A DNA stretch of 64,000 nt from Shigella phage KRT47. The stretch lies in the sequence record MN781580, one strand, 5' to 3'. The position numbers and the translations under genes were made by a program. The notes under the pieces are model-generated. The model did not search any database. It was not told the DNA's origin and saw only the letters and a list, made by a program, of their open reading frames with translations. Every line of letters starts with the position of its first letter. Within the stretch, counting starts at the first letter, position 1. Positions 9,074 through 18,909 of this stretch are shown piece by piece.

Positions 9074-10887
9074 TGGTGTTTAACCCTATGCATGATTTCT
9101 TTATTTTTACCGAGATTAAATCCGCGCTCGTTCGGATTTCCCAAATAACCACATGTTCTTCTTATGGTATTCATCTTTTTAGGATCAGTTTCTCCACAAA
9201 TAGAACAAACAAATCCGTTTTCAGTAGGAGTCATTTCATGGGTACTTCCACATGTAAAACATTTATCTACTGGCATATTAACACCAAAATAATCTAAATG
9301 TTGTGCAGCATAATCCCATACGGCCTCAAGACCTTTTAAGTTATTTTTCATATCAGGAAGTTCAACATAAGAAATGTGACCACCTGTCGCAATGAAATGA
9401 TATGGCGCTTCACGAGAAATCTTTTCAAACGGAGTAATATTTTCTTCTACTGAAACATGGAAACTGTTAGTGTACCAGCCTTTATCGGTAACATCTTTTA
9501 CACTTCCATATTTTTCTGTATCAAGTTTACAGAAGCGATAACAAAGGTTTTCAGCAGGAGTCGAATATAAACTAAAAGCAAATCCAGTTCTTTCAGTCCA
9601 CTGTTTAAGATGAGCATTCATTTTAGTTAAAATTTCTCGTCCAATATCACGACCGACAAGAATATTCAATTCGTGAATACCAATGTATCCTAAAGACACT
9701 GAACTTCTACCGTTTTTAAATAACTCAATTATGTCGTCATCAGGTTTAAGACGAACCCCGAATGCACCTTCTTGGTAAAGAATAGGAGCAACAGTAGCTT
9801 TAACTCCTTTTAAGGAACTAATTCTACACATCAAAGCTTCAAAACATAAATCCATTCGTTCATTGAATAATTCAGCAAATTTCTGTTCATTGAACTGTGT
9901 TCCAATATAAGAATCTAACGCGATGCGAGGAAGATTCAGTGTTACAACACCAAGATTATTACGTCCATCAAGAATTTCATTACCAGTCGAATCTTTCCAT
10001 ACGCTCAAGAAACTACGGCATCCCATCGGAGAAACAGGAACAGATGAACCAGTGATAGCTTTATTGTTCTTAGCTGAAATAATATCAGGATACATCCTTT
10101 TGCTTGCACACTCTAGAGCAAGTTGCTTAATGTCGTAATTCGGATCGTCTTTATAAAGATTAACGCCTTCTTCAACGAACATAACAAGCTTAGGGAAAAT
10201 AGGAGTTATTCCATCACGACCAAGACCTTTAATACGATTTTTCAGAATTGCTTTCTGAATCATTCGTTCAGTCCAGTCAGTTCCCGTACCAAATGTAATT
10301 GTTACAAAAGGCGTTTGTCCGTTTGAACTAAAGAGAGTATTTACTTCATATTCATAAGCTTGGAATGCATCGTATACGTCTTTTTCTGTTTTAGATTGAG
10401 CATAATTCAACGCATCAGCGATTTGCCATTTTTCTGCATCCTCAATATGTTTTGCATAGGTGCGTTTAACATAAGGAGAAAGTACTTTATCTACATTCGC
10501 AAAAGTCGTTCCGCCATATTGATGGGAAGCAACTTGCGCAGTAATTTGTGCCATAATTGCAGTAGCAACGCCAATTGATTTAGGAGTTTCAATCTGTGCA
10601 TTACCAAGCTTAAATCCGTTCTCAAGCATTCCTTTTAAATCTACTAAACAGCAATTAGTAAATGGAAGAGCAGGGGAATAATCAATATCATGGAAATGAA
10701 TAATTCCGCTTTCATGCGCTTTCATAATAAAAGACGGGACCATATTTTTGGCAATGTGTTTAGACACAATACCAGCCATAAGGTCCCGTTGAGTTGGAAA
10801 AACACGAGAATCTTTATTAGCATTCTCGTTTAAAAGGTCTTTATTAGTTTTATGAATCAATCCTTCAATTTCTTTTTCAATTGTCAT
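9070..10887 (-). CDS. nrdD: anaerobic ribonucleoside-triphosphate reductase (glycyl radical enzyme), uninterrupted
   Basis: 605 aa continuous ORF; C-terminal Cys cluster and glycyl-radical motif RRTCGYLG. Confidence 0.93.
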   Translation of the reverse strand: MTIEKEIEGLIHKTNKDLLNENANKDSRVFPTQRDLMAGIVSKHIAKNMVPSFIMKAHESGIIHFHDIDYSPALPFTNCCLVDLKGMLENGFKLGNAQIETPKSIGVATAIMAQITAQVASHQYGGTTFANVDKVLSPYVKRTYAKHIEDAEKWQIADALNYAQSKTEKDVYDAFQAYEYEVNTLFSSNGQTPFVTITFGTGTDWTERMIQKAILKNRIKGLGRDGITPIFPKLVMFVEEGVNLYKDDPNYDIKQLALECASKRMYPDIISAKNNKAITGSSVPVSPMGCRSFLSVWKDSTGNEILDGRNNLGVVTLNLPRIALDSYIGTQFNEQKFAELFNERMDLCFEALMCRISSLKGVKATVAPILYQEGAFGVRLKPDDDIIELFKNGRSSVSLGYIGIHELNILVGRDIGREILTKMNAHLKQWTERTGFAFSLYSTPAENLCYRFCKLDTEKYGSVKDVTDKGWYTNSFHVSVEENITPFEKISREAPYHFIATGGHISYVELPDMKNNLKGLEAVWDYAAQHLDYFGVNMPVDKCFTCGSTHEMTPTENGFVCSICGETDPKKMNTIRRTCGYLGNPNERGFNLGKNKEIMHRVKHQ

Positions 10888-11357
10888 TTTAAACTCTTTC
10901 TAAGCTGCTTCTTAAATGAAGCTATTAATTGTGTTTTAGTGTCAGATTCATTATATTCAAATCCTCTTTGAAGCATCTCAGCCATCATTTCCTCTTTTCC
11001 TAAACGAGAAAATTCCTTTGATTTATCTCCAACGAAGTTAGGGTGAATATTATTTTGGGTGTAATCGGATTTTAAATAAGTAAGTAAATTTTCTAGCCAT
11101 TCAAGATAATCAACGCCTTGTCCCTTTAAGCCAGAACGATTAAATTTATGCTTCATTTGACCTTCCGCAGCATTGCAGAGATTACAGAGCAATCCACGTA
11201 CCTTTCCTGCTTTTGGTCCATTTAATTCATGGTCATGGTCAAGGTGATTAGCTTGAACATCAGGATTTAGTTCTCGTTGGCAAATTAAGCATTTACCGTT
11301 TTGTGCATTATAAAATTTTTGTTTTTCTTCTTTATATAATTTGCCAGTCAATAACAT
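10884..11357 (-). CDS. 49: endonuclease VII (Holliday junction resolvase)
   Basis: 157 aa; zinc-binding cysteines (CLICQ ... CNLCN) and HLDHDH motif; matches recalled T4 gp49. Confidence 0.9.
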   Translation of the reverse strand: MLLTGKLYKEEKQKFYNAQNGKCLICQRELNPDVQANHLDHDHELNGPKAGKVRGLLCNLCNAAEGQMKHKFNRSGLKGQGVDYLEWLENLLTYLKSDYTQNNIHPNFVGDKSKEFSRLGKEEMMAEMLQRGFEYNESDTKTQLIASFKKQLRKSLK

Positions 11358-11406
11358 AATAAAACCCTTACCTTAAATAGATAAGGGTATTTATTATTTT
11401 CAAGTA

Positions 11407-11871
11407 TTAAAACGCTCGGTCAGAAAAAGAAATTTGAGTTTCAAGCCATTCAATATATTCTGCCGCGGCTTGCATTAAATTTCCTTCATAATCATCAATA
11501 TCTTTTTTCAACGCCGATTTAGATAATGCATATGAAATTCGTTCACCCTGAAATCCAGCTTTAGGTTTATGAAGAACTTGATCAATTCGTTCTACAACTT
11601 CTTCAATTTCGCCATTTTCTGCGGATTCAGTATTCCACAAGCACCAATACGTAATTGGCTTATCATAGATGTTAATAATCTTTCCATCAGAAAGTTCAAT
11701 TTCAATAATTCCAGTATCAGGTTCTATATCATCTTCGCATTCTTTTGCAAGTTCACGAACTTTAAAGACAGTACCTGCACTAAGTTCCGGCCAGTAATTA
11801 CACAGCCCTTTATCAGCACGATTAATTCTAAACCACTTATCTACTGCAATCATGTCCCATCTCCATATCAA
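11407..11871 (-). CDS. hypothetical protein (sits where T4 pin is expected)
   Basis: 154-aa ORF; assignment positional only. Confidence 0.65.
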   Translation of the reverse strand: MIWRWDMIAVDKWFRINRADKGLCNYWPELSAGTVFKVRELAKECEDDIEPDTGIIEIELSDGKIINIYDKPITYWCLWNTESAENGEIEEVVERIDQVLHKPKAGFQGERISYALSKSALKKDIDDYEGNLMQAAAEYIEWLETQISFSDRAF

Positions 11872-11976
11872 TTAAGTCATTTATTGTTGGTTCATTATAT
11901 ACTGTTTCTTCATCAGTGTAAACCGGTTCTTCCGGCTCTGGCTCTACAGTTTCCCATCTAGCCGCCCACCAGGGTT

Positions 11977-12297
11977 TTATAGCGTAATCCATTCTCGTAC
12001 TGTCTGAGTTACTACACGTTCATGGGGCTCGACTAGTTCAACAGTCGGAACTGCATAATACCAGTCAGAATGATAAGAACCTGACCGAGATTCATTTACA
12101 GCCACATGTACATTATGTTTTGGACTAAAGTAAACACACTGACGATATTGACATTTACCATCTTGCACCCAGTCTTCTATTTCGACAGGTTTAAGATAAT
12201 CGGAAAAATCGAAATCATAGTTTTCCGAAAATGCATCATGGTCTTCAATGATTTCGCTCAGAACTGCATCAACATCTAATTTATTTTCAATAGTCAT
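11977..12297 (-). CDS. hypothetical protein
   Basis: 106-aa ORF. Confidence 0.65.
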   Translation of the reverse strand: MTIENKLDVDAVLSEIIEDHDAFSENYDFDFSDYLKPVEIEDWVQDGKCQYRQCVYFSPKHNVHVAVNESRSGSYHSDWYYAVPTVELVEPHERVVTQTVREWITL

Positions 12298-12307
12298 TTT
12301 TCACCAA

Positions 12308-12478
12308 TTAATTTCGCAATTTATTAAGTTCTTCATAATCAATCCAGGATTCTAATCCTGATGGCAAATCAGATTCAATTTCCCAAAGAAGTTCTTCAAT
12401 TTTATGAAGACGATCTAGTTCTTCAGCAGAAATAGTAACCATTGACGGAGCTCTTGCTGCATTAATATCGTAAATCAT
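12308..12478 (-). CDS. hypothetical small protein
   Basis: start moved to internal Met to remove overlap with upstream gene. Confidence 0.45.
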   Translation of the reverse strand: MIYDINAARAPSMVTISAEELDRLHKIEELLWEIESDLPSGLESWIDYEELNKLRN

Positions 12479-12480
12479 AT

Positions 12481-12696
12481 TTACCCCAGTTTGACCATGC
12501 AATCGCCGTATTTCCACTTAGAAATAGACTTTTCACCATTAGAATAATAAACTTCGAGTTTAGCGCGGCCATTTTTAATTTGAATAACCTTTGCTGTCAT
12601 CAAAGTTCCATACCCATAATAAACTGCAACCTCATCACCTACATATACCGCGCTTCCACGATAATCATGGATATAATCAGTTCCTTCGAGCATCAT
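12481..12696 (-). CDS. hypothetical protein
   Basis: 71-aa ORF, start overlaps nrdC stop. Confidence 0.6.
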   Translation of the reverse strand: MMLEGTDYIHDYRGSAVYVGDEVAVYYGYGTLMTAKVIQIKNGRAKLEVYYSNGEKSISKWKYGDCMVKLG

Positions 12697-12956
12697 TTAA
12701 AGTATTCCCGCAATTGGTCAAAGCCGCCAATATGACTTCCATCAGGAGCAAATACCTGAGGCATTGTCAAGCCAATTTGAGTATCACGACCTAGTTTAGT
12801 CAGAAGCTCAGCGATTTTCTCATCATCAAAAACACCTTTTTCCGGCATAATGTTGATAAATTCAAACGGCTGTTTCTTCACGGTCAAAAGACGTTTTGCA
12901 TTATCACAATACACACATTTGTGGATGTTGCTATCATAACCATATACTTTAAACAT
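12693..12956 (-). CDS. nrdC: thioredoxin/glutaredoxin (NrdC)
   Basis: 87 aa; CVYC redox motif; matches recalled T4 thioredoxin. Confidence 0.9.
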   Translation of the reverse strand: MFKVYGYDSNIHKCVYCDNAKRLLTVKKQPFEFINIMPEKGVFDDEKIAELLTKLGRDTQIGLTMPQVFAPDGSHIGGFDQLREYFK

Positions 12957-12957
12957 A

Positions 12958-13200
12958 TTATTCCTTAATTCCTAGTACTTGTTTAAAAGTCTCGTCGTAA
13001 TCAAGACTTTGGCCCGTTTGTTCTTTATGTTTGTATATAATATCACTTACTTCTGATAGCATATTTTTATATGAACGAGTTAAAGCAGATTTAAGCACGC
13101 TGTATCTATCAGGAAATTTACTATGTTCATTATAATAAGCTATTGCTAATTCACGGACTGCCTTTTCAGCAGTCTCCATATATTCTTTACGCTTGGTCAT
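12958..13200 (-). CDS. hypothetical protein
   Basis: start at internal Met MTKRKEY (ATG at 13200); N-terminal ORF extension overlaps upstream gene. Confidence 0.5.
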   Translation of the reverse strand: MTKRKEYMETAEKAVRELAIAYYNEHSKFPDRYSVLKSALTRSYKNMLSEVSDIIYKHKEQTGQSLDYDETFKQVLGIKE

Positions 13201-13483
13201 TTTCTTCTCGGTCAAATCGGTGTTTACAATGGCGACATTTATAACGAAGATTATTAGTCTGCCAATGGACCAATTGCACCTGTTCAGTTCCACATTCAGG
13301 GCAATTAGGAACGTTTTTAGAAGCCCTTTCGCGACGTTTAACCATAGCCATAATGGCATCCCATGCTGGAGGTTTAAAATCTAAATCGTCAGTAACTAGC
13401 AGTCCTTTATCAAACCCAACGCATGGAGTCCATTCAGGAAAATCTGAAGCTTCGGCAATATCTTCTAATAAACGCTTTTTCAT
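13187..13483 (-). CDS. zinc-ribbon protein
   Basis: 98 aa; CPEC ... CRHC four-cysteine motif. Confidence 0.65.
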   Translation of the reverse strand: MKKRLLEDIAEASDFPEWTPCVGFDKGLLVTDDLDFKPPAWDAIMAMVKRRERASKNVPNCPECGTEQVQLVHWQTNNLRYKCRHCKHRFDREENDQA

Positions 13484-14406
13484 TTCAGTACCTCAATAGC
13501 ATCACGTAAACCATTTGCTTTGGCGGTTAAAGCCTTAAGAACTTTAGTATGCTCTTCAATTTGTTTTTCAACTTCAATCAAACGGGCACTGAGATATTCG
13601 CGTTCTTCTTTCATAGTATCATTCCCATGATTGGGCTTTGGCGTAGATTTAAATTTACTAGGGTCCTTTAACTTAATAACAACTTTAGTTTCAAACAGTG
13701 AAAGACCATAATTCGTATTATCATCAAAGGATTCAACTACGTCCATTTTAGACAATAACGTGCGAAGATTATAAGTCAAAGAACGAATCGTTTTATTATG
13801 TTTATTAGCTTCACATGGTTTCATATATGGAAGATTTTTATATATTTCATGTGGAGCACAAACAATAATTGACAATTCAAATGGTCCATTCTGTGATGAT
13901 GGAATGAATTTAGCCGTAACCCAATCTTTTACATTTACATTAATAGTACGGTCATCGCCATGACAAAACAGTCTACGAGAATGCTTAAAAAGCATATTCA
14001 CATTATTATTAAATTCATGTGAAAACTCACTAGCAAATTTTTCTTTACTATTTTTAGAAAACCATTCTTCTAAATAAGTTCTTTTCACGTCATTAATAAT
14101 ATTAAATGTAACAACATTAGCATTTGATACATTAGTCTCAATGTAGCTTGGATACATAAATTTTTTAACATTATTAACAGCTATCACAGAAGATAGTAAT
14201 CGGGAACGTTTGAACCACTCGAGCAAAGAACCAAGAGAATGTGAATACGCATTTTGTGTATCTTTACAAATATGGTTTTCCCATCCAATATAGTCTAAAA
14301 AATCACGAAGAATATTATTGATTACTGCTCTGTGTCCTATCTGATAATTACGATGTTTAGTAATAAGACTGTCAAAATAATCAATATAATGTTTACGAGT
14401 TTTCAT
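13480..14406 (-). CDS. hypothetical protein with C-terminal coiled coil (tandem set member 4)
   Basis: 308 aa; last 40 residues heptad-like and K/E-rich. Confidence 0.7.
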   Translation of the reverse strand: MKTRKHYIDYFDSLITKHRNYQIGHRAVINNILRDFLDYIGWENHICKDTQNAYSHSLGSLLEWFKRSRLLSSVIAVNNVKKFMYPSYIETNVSNANVVTFNIINDVKRTYLEEWFSKNSKEKFASEFSHEFNNNVNMLFKHSRRLFCHGDDRTINVNVKDWVTAKFIPSSQNGPFELSIIVCAPHEIYKNLPYMKPCEANKHNKTIRSLTYNLRTLLSKMDVVESFDDNTNYGLSLFETKVVIKLKDPSKFKSTPKPNHGNDTMKEEREYLSARLIEVEKQIEEHTKVLKALTAKANGLRDAIEVLK

Positions 14407-14458
14407 GTTCTTCTCACTTGGTTAATGGTTTATACTCCGAGCCATCCTTGGCTTTAAA

Positions 14459-15460
14459 TTACTTAATTAACTGTAAAGCTTGTTCAAGACGATCAAGACG
14501 ATTAACGGATTCTTCCCAAATCTTTTTAGCCTGCTCATATTCTTTCTGCGCTTTATTAGAAATTTCTAGAACTTCTTTATAAGCTTTTTCTAATGCAATA
14601 ACTTCTGGACGAATTTCTATCGGTTCAGGTGAATCATCAAGACATTCCATTAGTTCCTCAAGAGTAGTTTCTTCTTTAGGAGTATTCACAATTTCCTCAC
14701 ATTTTTGTTGATAAATTTCTTTATCAGTAGGTGAATAAGCACATTTCACTTCACGAAGACTAATTACAATTTTATATCCTTCCCATCCGCATATATTCTT
14801 AAAAGGATATGTATGAATATTTTCTACTGTTTCCATACAAAGTAATGCAGTCTCTAACTGACGAGTTATAGTGCTAGCAATTGAGAAAAATTTATTAATA
14901 TTCTTTTGGTTAGCGTTTGGTGTAAAAAATCCATAATTCACAAAAATAGCTACTTTATTTTCATCAAGCTCATATTCTTTTACGATAATCATATCAGAAG
15001 CCAAAGGATGAATTTGACGATAATCGCCATAACATAATTTAGAAGCTGATTTTAGAATTTGTCCTTTGAAAAGTCTGAAATTACTAATCCAACGACGAGT
15101 AAAAATATTCTCAGGGTCTTCTTTATTATTAAGATGATAAGAATTAACATCACCGAACCAATTATATCCTACTACATCTTTAGTTCGTTTAATTTCTTTC
15201 CCAAAATTACCAAGAATATCCCGATTAACCAAATATGAAAGAAGACGAGACTCTTTAAAGGTTTTCTTGATATTATCTTTATCTACACGGCTAGAAATTT
15301 TACGAATTTCATGAATAAATTTAGTAGAAGAAACAATACTTGCATCAACACTATTGAGCCATTGATTGATAATGGAAAGAACGATATTTTGACCAAACAT
15401 CGGTATAGCTTTATCATCAATAACGCTATTGAATGATTTGATATATTCGTTACGAGTCAT
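14459..15460 (-). CDS. hypothetical protein with C-terminal coiled coil (tandem set member 3)
   Basis: start set to MTRNEYIKS Met at 15460, preceded by GAGGAG RBS and an early promoter. Confidence 0.7.
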   Translation of the reverse strand: MTRNEYIKSFNSVIDDKAIPMFGQNIVLSIINQWLNSVDASIVSSTKFIHEIRKISSRVDKDNIKKTFKESRLLSYLVNRDILGNFGKEIKRTKDVVGYNWFGDVNSYHLNNKEDPENIFTRRWISNFRLFKGQILKSASKLCYGDYRQIHPLASDMIIVKEYELDENKVAIFVNYGFFTPNANQKNINKFFSIASTITRQLETALLCMETVENIHTYPFKNICGWEGYKIVISLREVKCAYSPTDKEIYQQKCEEIVNTPKEETTLEELMECLDDSPEPIEIRPEVIALEKAYKEVLEISNKAQKEYEQAKKIWEESVNRLDRLEQALQLIK

Positions 15461-15488
15461 ATTAATCTCCTCAGTAGAAAGTAAGAAC

Positions 15489-15518
15489 ATTATACCACAT
15501 CCTTGTGGCAAAGTAAAC
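15489..15518 (-). promoter_or_regulatory. early (sigma70-type) promoter
   Basis: minus strand GTTTAC, 18 nt, TATAAT. Confidence 0.65.
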
Positions 15519-16537
15519 TAGTTCAGTGCATTTAGTGCATTGTTCAGTTTAGAACGTTGCTTCGTGAGATTTTTGACTTTTTCTTGTGCTTTTTCTAGCA
15601 TCTTTTCAGCTTCTAACACTTCATTGGTCGCTTTAACGAGTTCATCATCTACTGCCTTAAGGGACTTCTCAATCGCATCCGCGTGCCATTTTTCAACAGG
15701 TTTAAGACTCGGATTTTCAATAGGAAGAAAATTCACTTTATTGAATTTCCATGCATCTTTATTACCTGAACTATACATCCAAAATTTAGGATCATTTGAC
15801 GAGTAATTAGATAAATTTAAGTTATCTTGCACTTCCTGCTTTTTCTCTTGCGGGACTTCGTCCTTTCTCAAAAAATCGTATTTAAATGAAACGATCATAT
15901 CAAGTTCATATGATGTTGTATCTAACTTAAATCGTTCAAAACGAGGTAAAATCTTAGATTGAACAGCAGCAACAACATCCATATACTTAAATGCTTCTGT
16001 CAACTGTGATTTAAGACATTCACAAATTGAAAGAGAATTTTTAGTATTAGGCTTAAAGCTGATTCGCGCAGTTCGATTATTTTCTTTAGATGGTCTTACT
16101 TCCATTTGAAGAGTATAACCATCAAATTTCAGATTCTTTAAGTTAATATCAGAACCTTTTAATCGACTAGCCGTAGACAAAATTTGCTTTAATTGTTTAC
16201 GGAATAAAGCAATAAATCTCCATTCAAGACGATAATGATTTGGATTATAAAATCCCGTTGATAGATCAACTTTACTTTGACCAACGCCTTGAACAAGTAG
16301 AGGATTTTTATAATCAACAGTTTTACAGAAATCCATGAGCTGTTCACGGGCAGTCATTTGCGTAATATATCCAGCTTTATCAAAATGCCGCAACCATTCA
16401 GCGCTATTCAATGAGTTAAAGTGAATATTACGTGTAACTTTATCAGGGTCTAAATTATTTTCACATAAAAATGTTATGACATTACGAGTATAACTAGCAT
16501 TACGAACCATATCTTCAATTTGAGAACGAGTTTTCAT
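15518..16537 (-). CDS. hypothetical protein with C-terminal coiled coil (tandem set member 2)
   Basis: 339 aa; C-terminal EVLEAEKMLEKAQEKVKNLTKQRSKL. Confidence 0.7.
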   Translation of the reverse strand: MKTRSQIEDMVRNASYTRNVITFLCENNLDPDKVTRNIHFNSLNSAEWLRHFDKAGYITQMTAREQLMDFCKTVDYKNPLLVQGVGQSKVDLSTGFYNPNHYRLEWRFIALFRKQLKQILSTASRLKGSDINLKNLKFDGYTLQMEVRPSKENNRTARISFKPNTKNSLSICECLKSQLTEAFKYMDVVAAVQSKILPRFERFKLDTTSYELDMIVSFKYDFLRKDEVPQEKKQEVQDNLNLSNYSSNDPKFWMYSSGNKDAWKFNKVNFLPIENPSLKPVEKWHADAIEKSLKAVDDELVKATNEVLEAEKMLEKAQEKVKNLTKQRSKLNNALNALN

Positions 16538-16545
16538 AGTATTCC

Positions 16546-17469
16546 TTAAAATTTAAGTAAATCGATAATTTTAATTAAATTTTCACGCTCAGATTTAGCT
16601 TTACTGCTTAATCCAGACAATCTAAAAATTTCATCATCGTATTGCTGAATAGAAATATTTAGCTCTTCTATTTGTTTACTGAAATAATCAATCTGCTCGG
16701 AATATTTTTCATTACTACGAACTGGAACGGGTTTTGTTGGCAAGTCAATCTTATTCTCATTGACTTCAACCGGACGATAAATTAAAATACAATTTGAACC
16801 AATTGGGCATTTTGCTCCAGATACATATTCTAGTGTTCCGGCTTTCTTTAAAACCTCAAAAGCTAAGCATAGATGGTATCCCATATTAGCATAATCGGTT
16901 GAATGCGCCCTGATGTAATAATCATCTTGACGAATACTAAACTTGAAGCATTTAAGTTCTTCTGTATTATTCGTTTTAAAGATCATTTGTTTATCTAGGC
17001 CTGTAGCTAATCGAGCTCCTAATGCCAACAATCGACGCTGATTTTCCCACAAATCAGTAATCATTTGATCAAATGATAGTTTTGGCATTGGACGACCGTA
17101 AAGATCATAGCCTTTGTTATAATTGCGAAGAATTTCACTTGCATTAATACGTGATAACGCTCCAATTTTATTAAGCGCTTTCATAATACGATTAGACCAC
17201 CCCATCCCAGACCCATTAGTTCGTCGCAAGTGTTTTTCTAATCTAAAGCCAATATCAATATTAAACGTATCTAAAATTTCATTACGAACATCTTGTTCAA
17301 TGATACTAAAATTAAATGTTGGGTTAAGTCTATAAAAGAGCTGATCTGCTTTATCGTGATTAAGTACAGTCCATTCATTTAATTTTTTATTAACTAAAGA
17401 TTTAATTACTGCATTAACATTATTAATTATTACTGACATATTATTTTCCTCACTCAATTTCGGTTTCAA
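16546..17469 (-). CDS. hypothetical protein with C-terminal coiled coil (tandem set member 1)
   Basis: 307 aa; C-terminal heptad-like tail. Confidence 0.7.
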   Translation of the reverse strand: MKPKLSEENNMSVIINNVNAVIKSLVNKKLNEWTVLNHDKADQLFYRLNPTFNFSIIEQDVRNEILDTFNIDIGFRLEKHLRRTNGSGMGWSNRIMKALNKIGALSRINASEILRNYNKGYDLYGRPMPKLSFDQMITDLWENQRRLLALGARLATGLDKQMIFKTNNTEELKCFKFSIRQDDYYIRAHSTDYANMGYHLCLAFEVLKKAGTLEYVSGAKCPIGSNCILIYRPVEVNENKIDLPTKPVPVRSNEKYSEQIDYFSKQIEELNISIQQYDDEIFRLSGLSSKAKSERENLIKIIDLLKF

Positions 17470-17863
17470 TTAATTTTGCTAGTCTAAATATAATATAACA
17501 ACAAATATAAGCACCACACACAGATTGAACTAATACCATTCCAAAGAACCAAACAATATTATCAAACAATGTCTGTTTTACGTCGAAAGGACGTAAACTT
17601 ACAGTAATATTATCGCCTTTTTCTATTGATGAATACATCTCTGGTGAAATATATTCGCTAAATCTATAACCGTCTTTGAGTTCATATACAGCAATAAACG
17701 ATAAACTAGACCCCTTTCCTTGAGTTCCTGTAAGGGTATTAACTACAGTAACATCATAATCTTTATAATGCATATAATCATTAATTGCGTAATAACCATA
17801 TGCAACTACTACACATAAACAGCATATCAATAAATTCAATCTTTTAATTATCAACTGTTTCAT
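17450..17863 (-). CDS. membrane protein
   Basis: 137 aa; hydrophobic segments at both termini. Confidence 0.65.
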   Translation of the reverse strand: MKQLIIKRLNLLICCLCVVVAYGYYAINDYMHYKDYDVTVVNTLTGTQGKGSSLSFIAVYELKDGYRFSEYISPEMYSSIEKGDNITVSLRPFDVKQTLFDNIVWFFGMVLVQSVCGAYICCYIIFRLAKLIETEIE

Positions 17864-17918
17864 AATAATCTCAATTAAAAGGGCTTAGAACCATTATACC
17901 ATCCTTGGTATAAAGCGG

Positions 17919-18446
17919 TTATGCGAGTACCGTCTTTAACCGTTCTTCAAATTTCCGAAGAGTGTTCTGGCGTTCAGCTCTTTGCTTTTTGTAAGTTTCA
18001 ATACGCTCTGAAATGAGAGTGTATCGTTCATTTACTGATTCTTTCATAAAATCAGGAATTTCACGAGAAGCTTTAATCTCGTCAAATTTATCAATAACTG
18101 CTTGCTCTTCAGCAATTAAGTTATCATACATCAAAATATCCTTTTTGATGAACTCAATATCTTCTTGAGTTACACGAGATAATTTAGATGCTTTATCCTT
18201 TTTGTACTGTTCGTTAGTATCACGAGACCAGTGTAATGTACGATTTTTATTCGTATTCTTGTAAATTTCTACAATACCAATCTCATCGATAATAACGATC
18301 CAATTCCAACGAGATTTGTAAATTTGTCCTCCGTCAACCGTGATTTCACCTCCGATTGAGATGTCATTAAAGAACTTGCTTTGTGCTTCAGATTTAAATT
18401 TACCATCATTGTAGTTTACCAAGTTGAAAATATCTTTAGCATTCAT
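17919..18446 (-). CDS. hypothetical protein
   Basis: start set to MNAKDIF Met at 18446, which follows the promoter and GGAGGAAC RBS. Confidence 0.65.
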   Translation of the reverse strand: MNAKDIFNLVNYNDGKFKSEAQSKFFNDISIGGEITVDGGQIYKSRWNWIVIIDEIGIVEIYKNTNKNRTLHWSRDTNEQYKKDKASKLSRVTQEDIEFIKKDILMYDNLIAEEQAVIDKFDEIKASREIPDFMKESVNERYTLISERIETYKKQRAERQNTLRKFEERLKTVLA

Positions 18447-18473
18447 TTTTGTTCCTCCGTAGTTGATAGTTGT

Positions 18474-18503
18474 ATAGTACCACAGAGGAATGGTCTTGTA
18501 AAC
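18474..18503 (-). promoter_or_regulatory. early promoter within a repeated cassette
   Basis: minus strand GTTTAC, 18 nt, TACTAT; flanked by conserved ACAACTATCAACT. Confidence 0.65.
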
Positions 18504-18505
18504 CA

Positions 18506-18820
18506 CTAAAAGAAACTTCTTTCACAATTTTTTCCACTGAACCAAGCGCTCACTGCTTTCTTAGTCTCAGGAGCAGTGTTATCCATAAACCATTCAAAAG
18601 CAGCCTTTTTATGATTCTGGAGGGCTTCTCGGGCTTTAATCTGCTCACGGTCTATTAACACTAACATATGAGCCTTTCTTGTCACCAAGGGCTTCTTATG
18701 ATTCTTGGAGTATTCCCAGTCATTTGTCCAACGCATTGTCGTTGCGAACTGATGAACCGCGTCTTTAATTTTAGTTTCGTAAATTTCACGAGCCTTTGAG
18801 TATAACATCACTACCTCCAT
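18506..18820 (-). CDS. hypothetical protein
   Basis: 104-aa ORF. Confidence 0.6.
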   Translation of the reverse strand: MEVVMLYSKAREIYETKIKDAVHQFATTMRWTNDWEYSKNHKKPLVTRKAHMLVLIDREQIKAREALQNHKKAAFEWFMDNTAPETKKAVSAWFSGKNCERSFF

Positions 18821-18909
18821 TTACCAGTTTAATTCTAGTCATCTTTTTGATGGCAGTCCATATAATCTATTTCTGAACTGCCTTTTTATCTTAGAAGGCC
18901 TCTTATGAA

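Noticed and set aside
9073-10578. Several plus-strand ORFs of 67-74 aa inside nrdD
   Set aside because: Antisense to nrdD; typical spurious ORFs in AT-rich sequence.
9070-10887. Possible group I intron in nrdD
   Set aside because: The reading frame is continuous across the full 605 codons with no stop or frame break, so no intron is present in this sequence.
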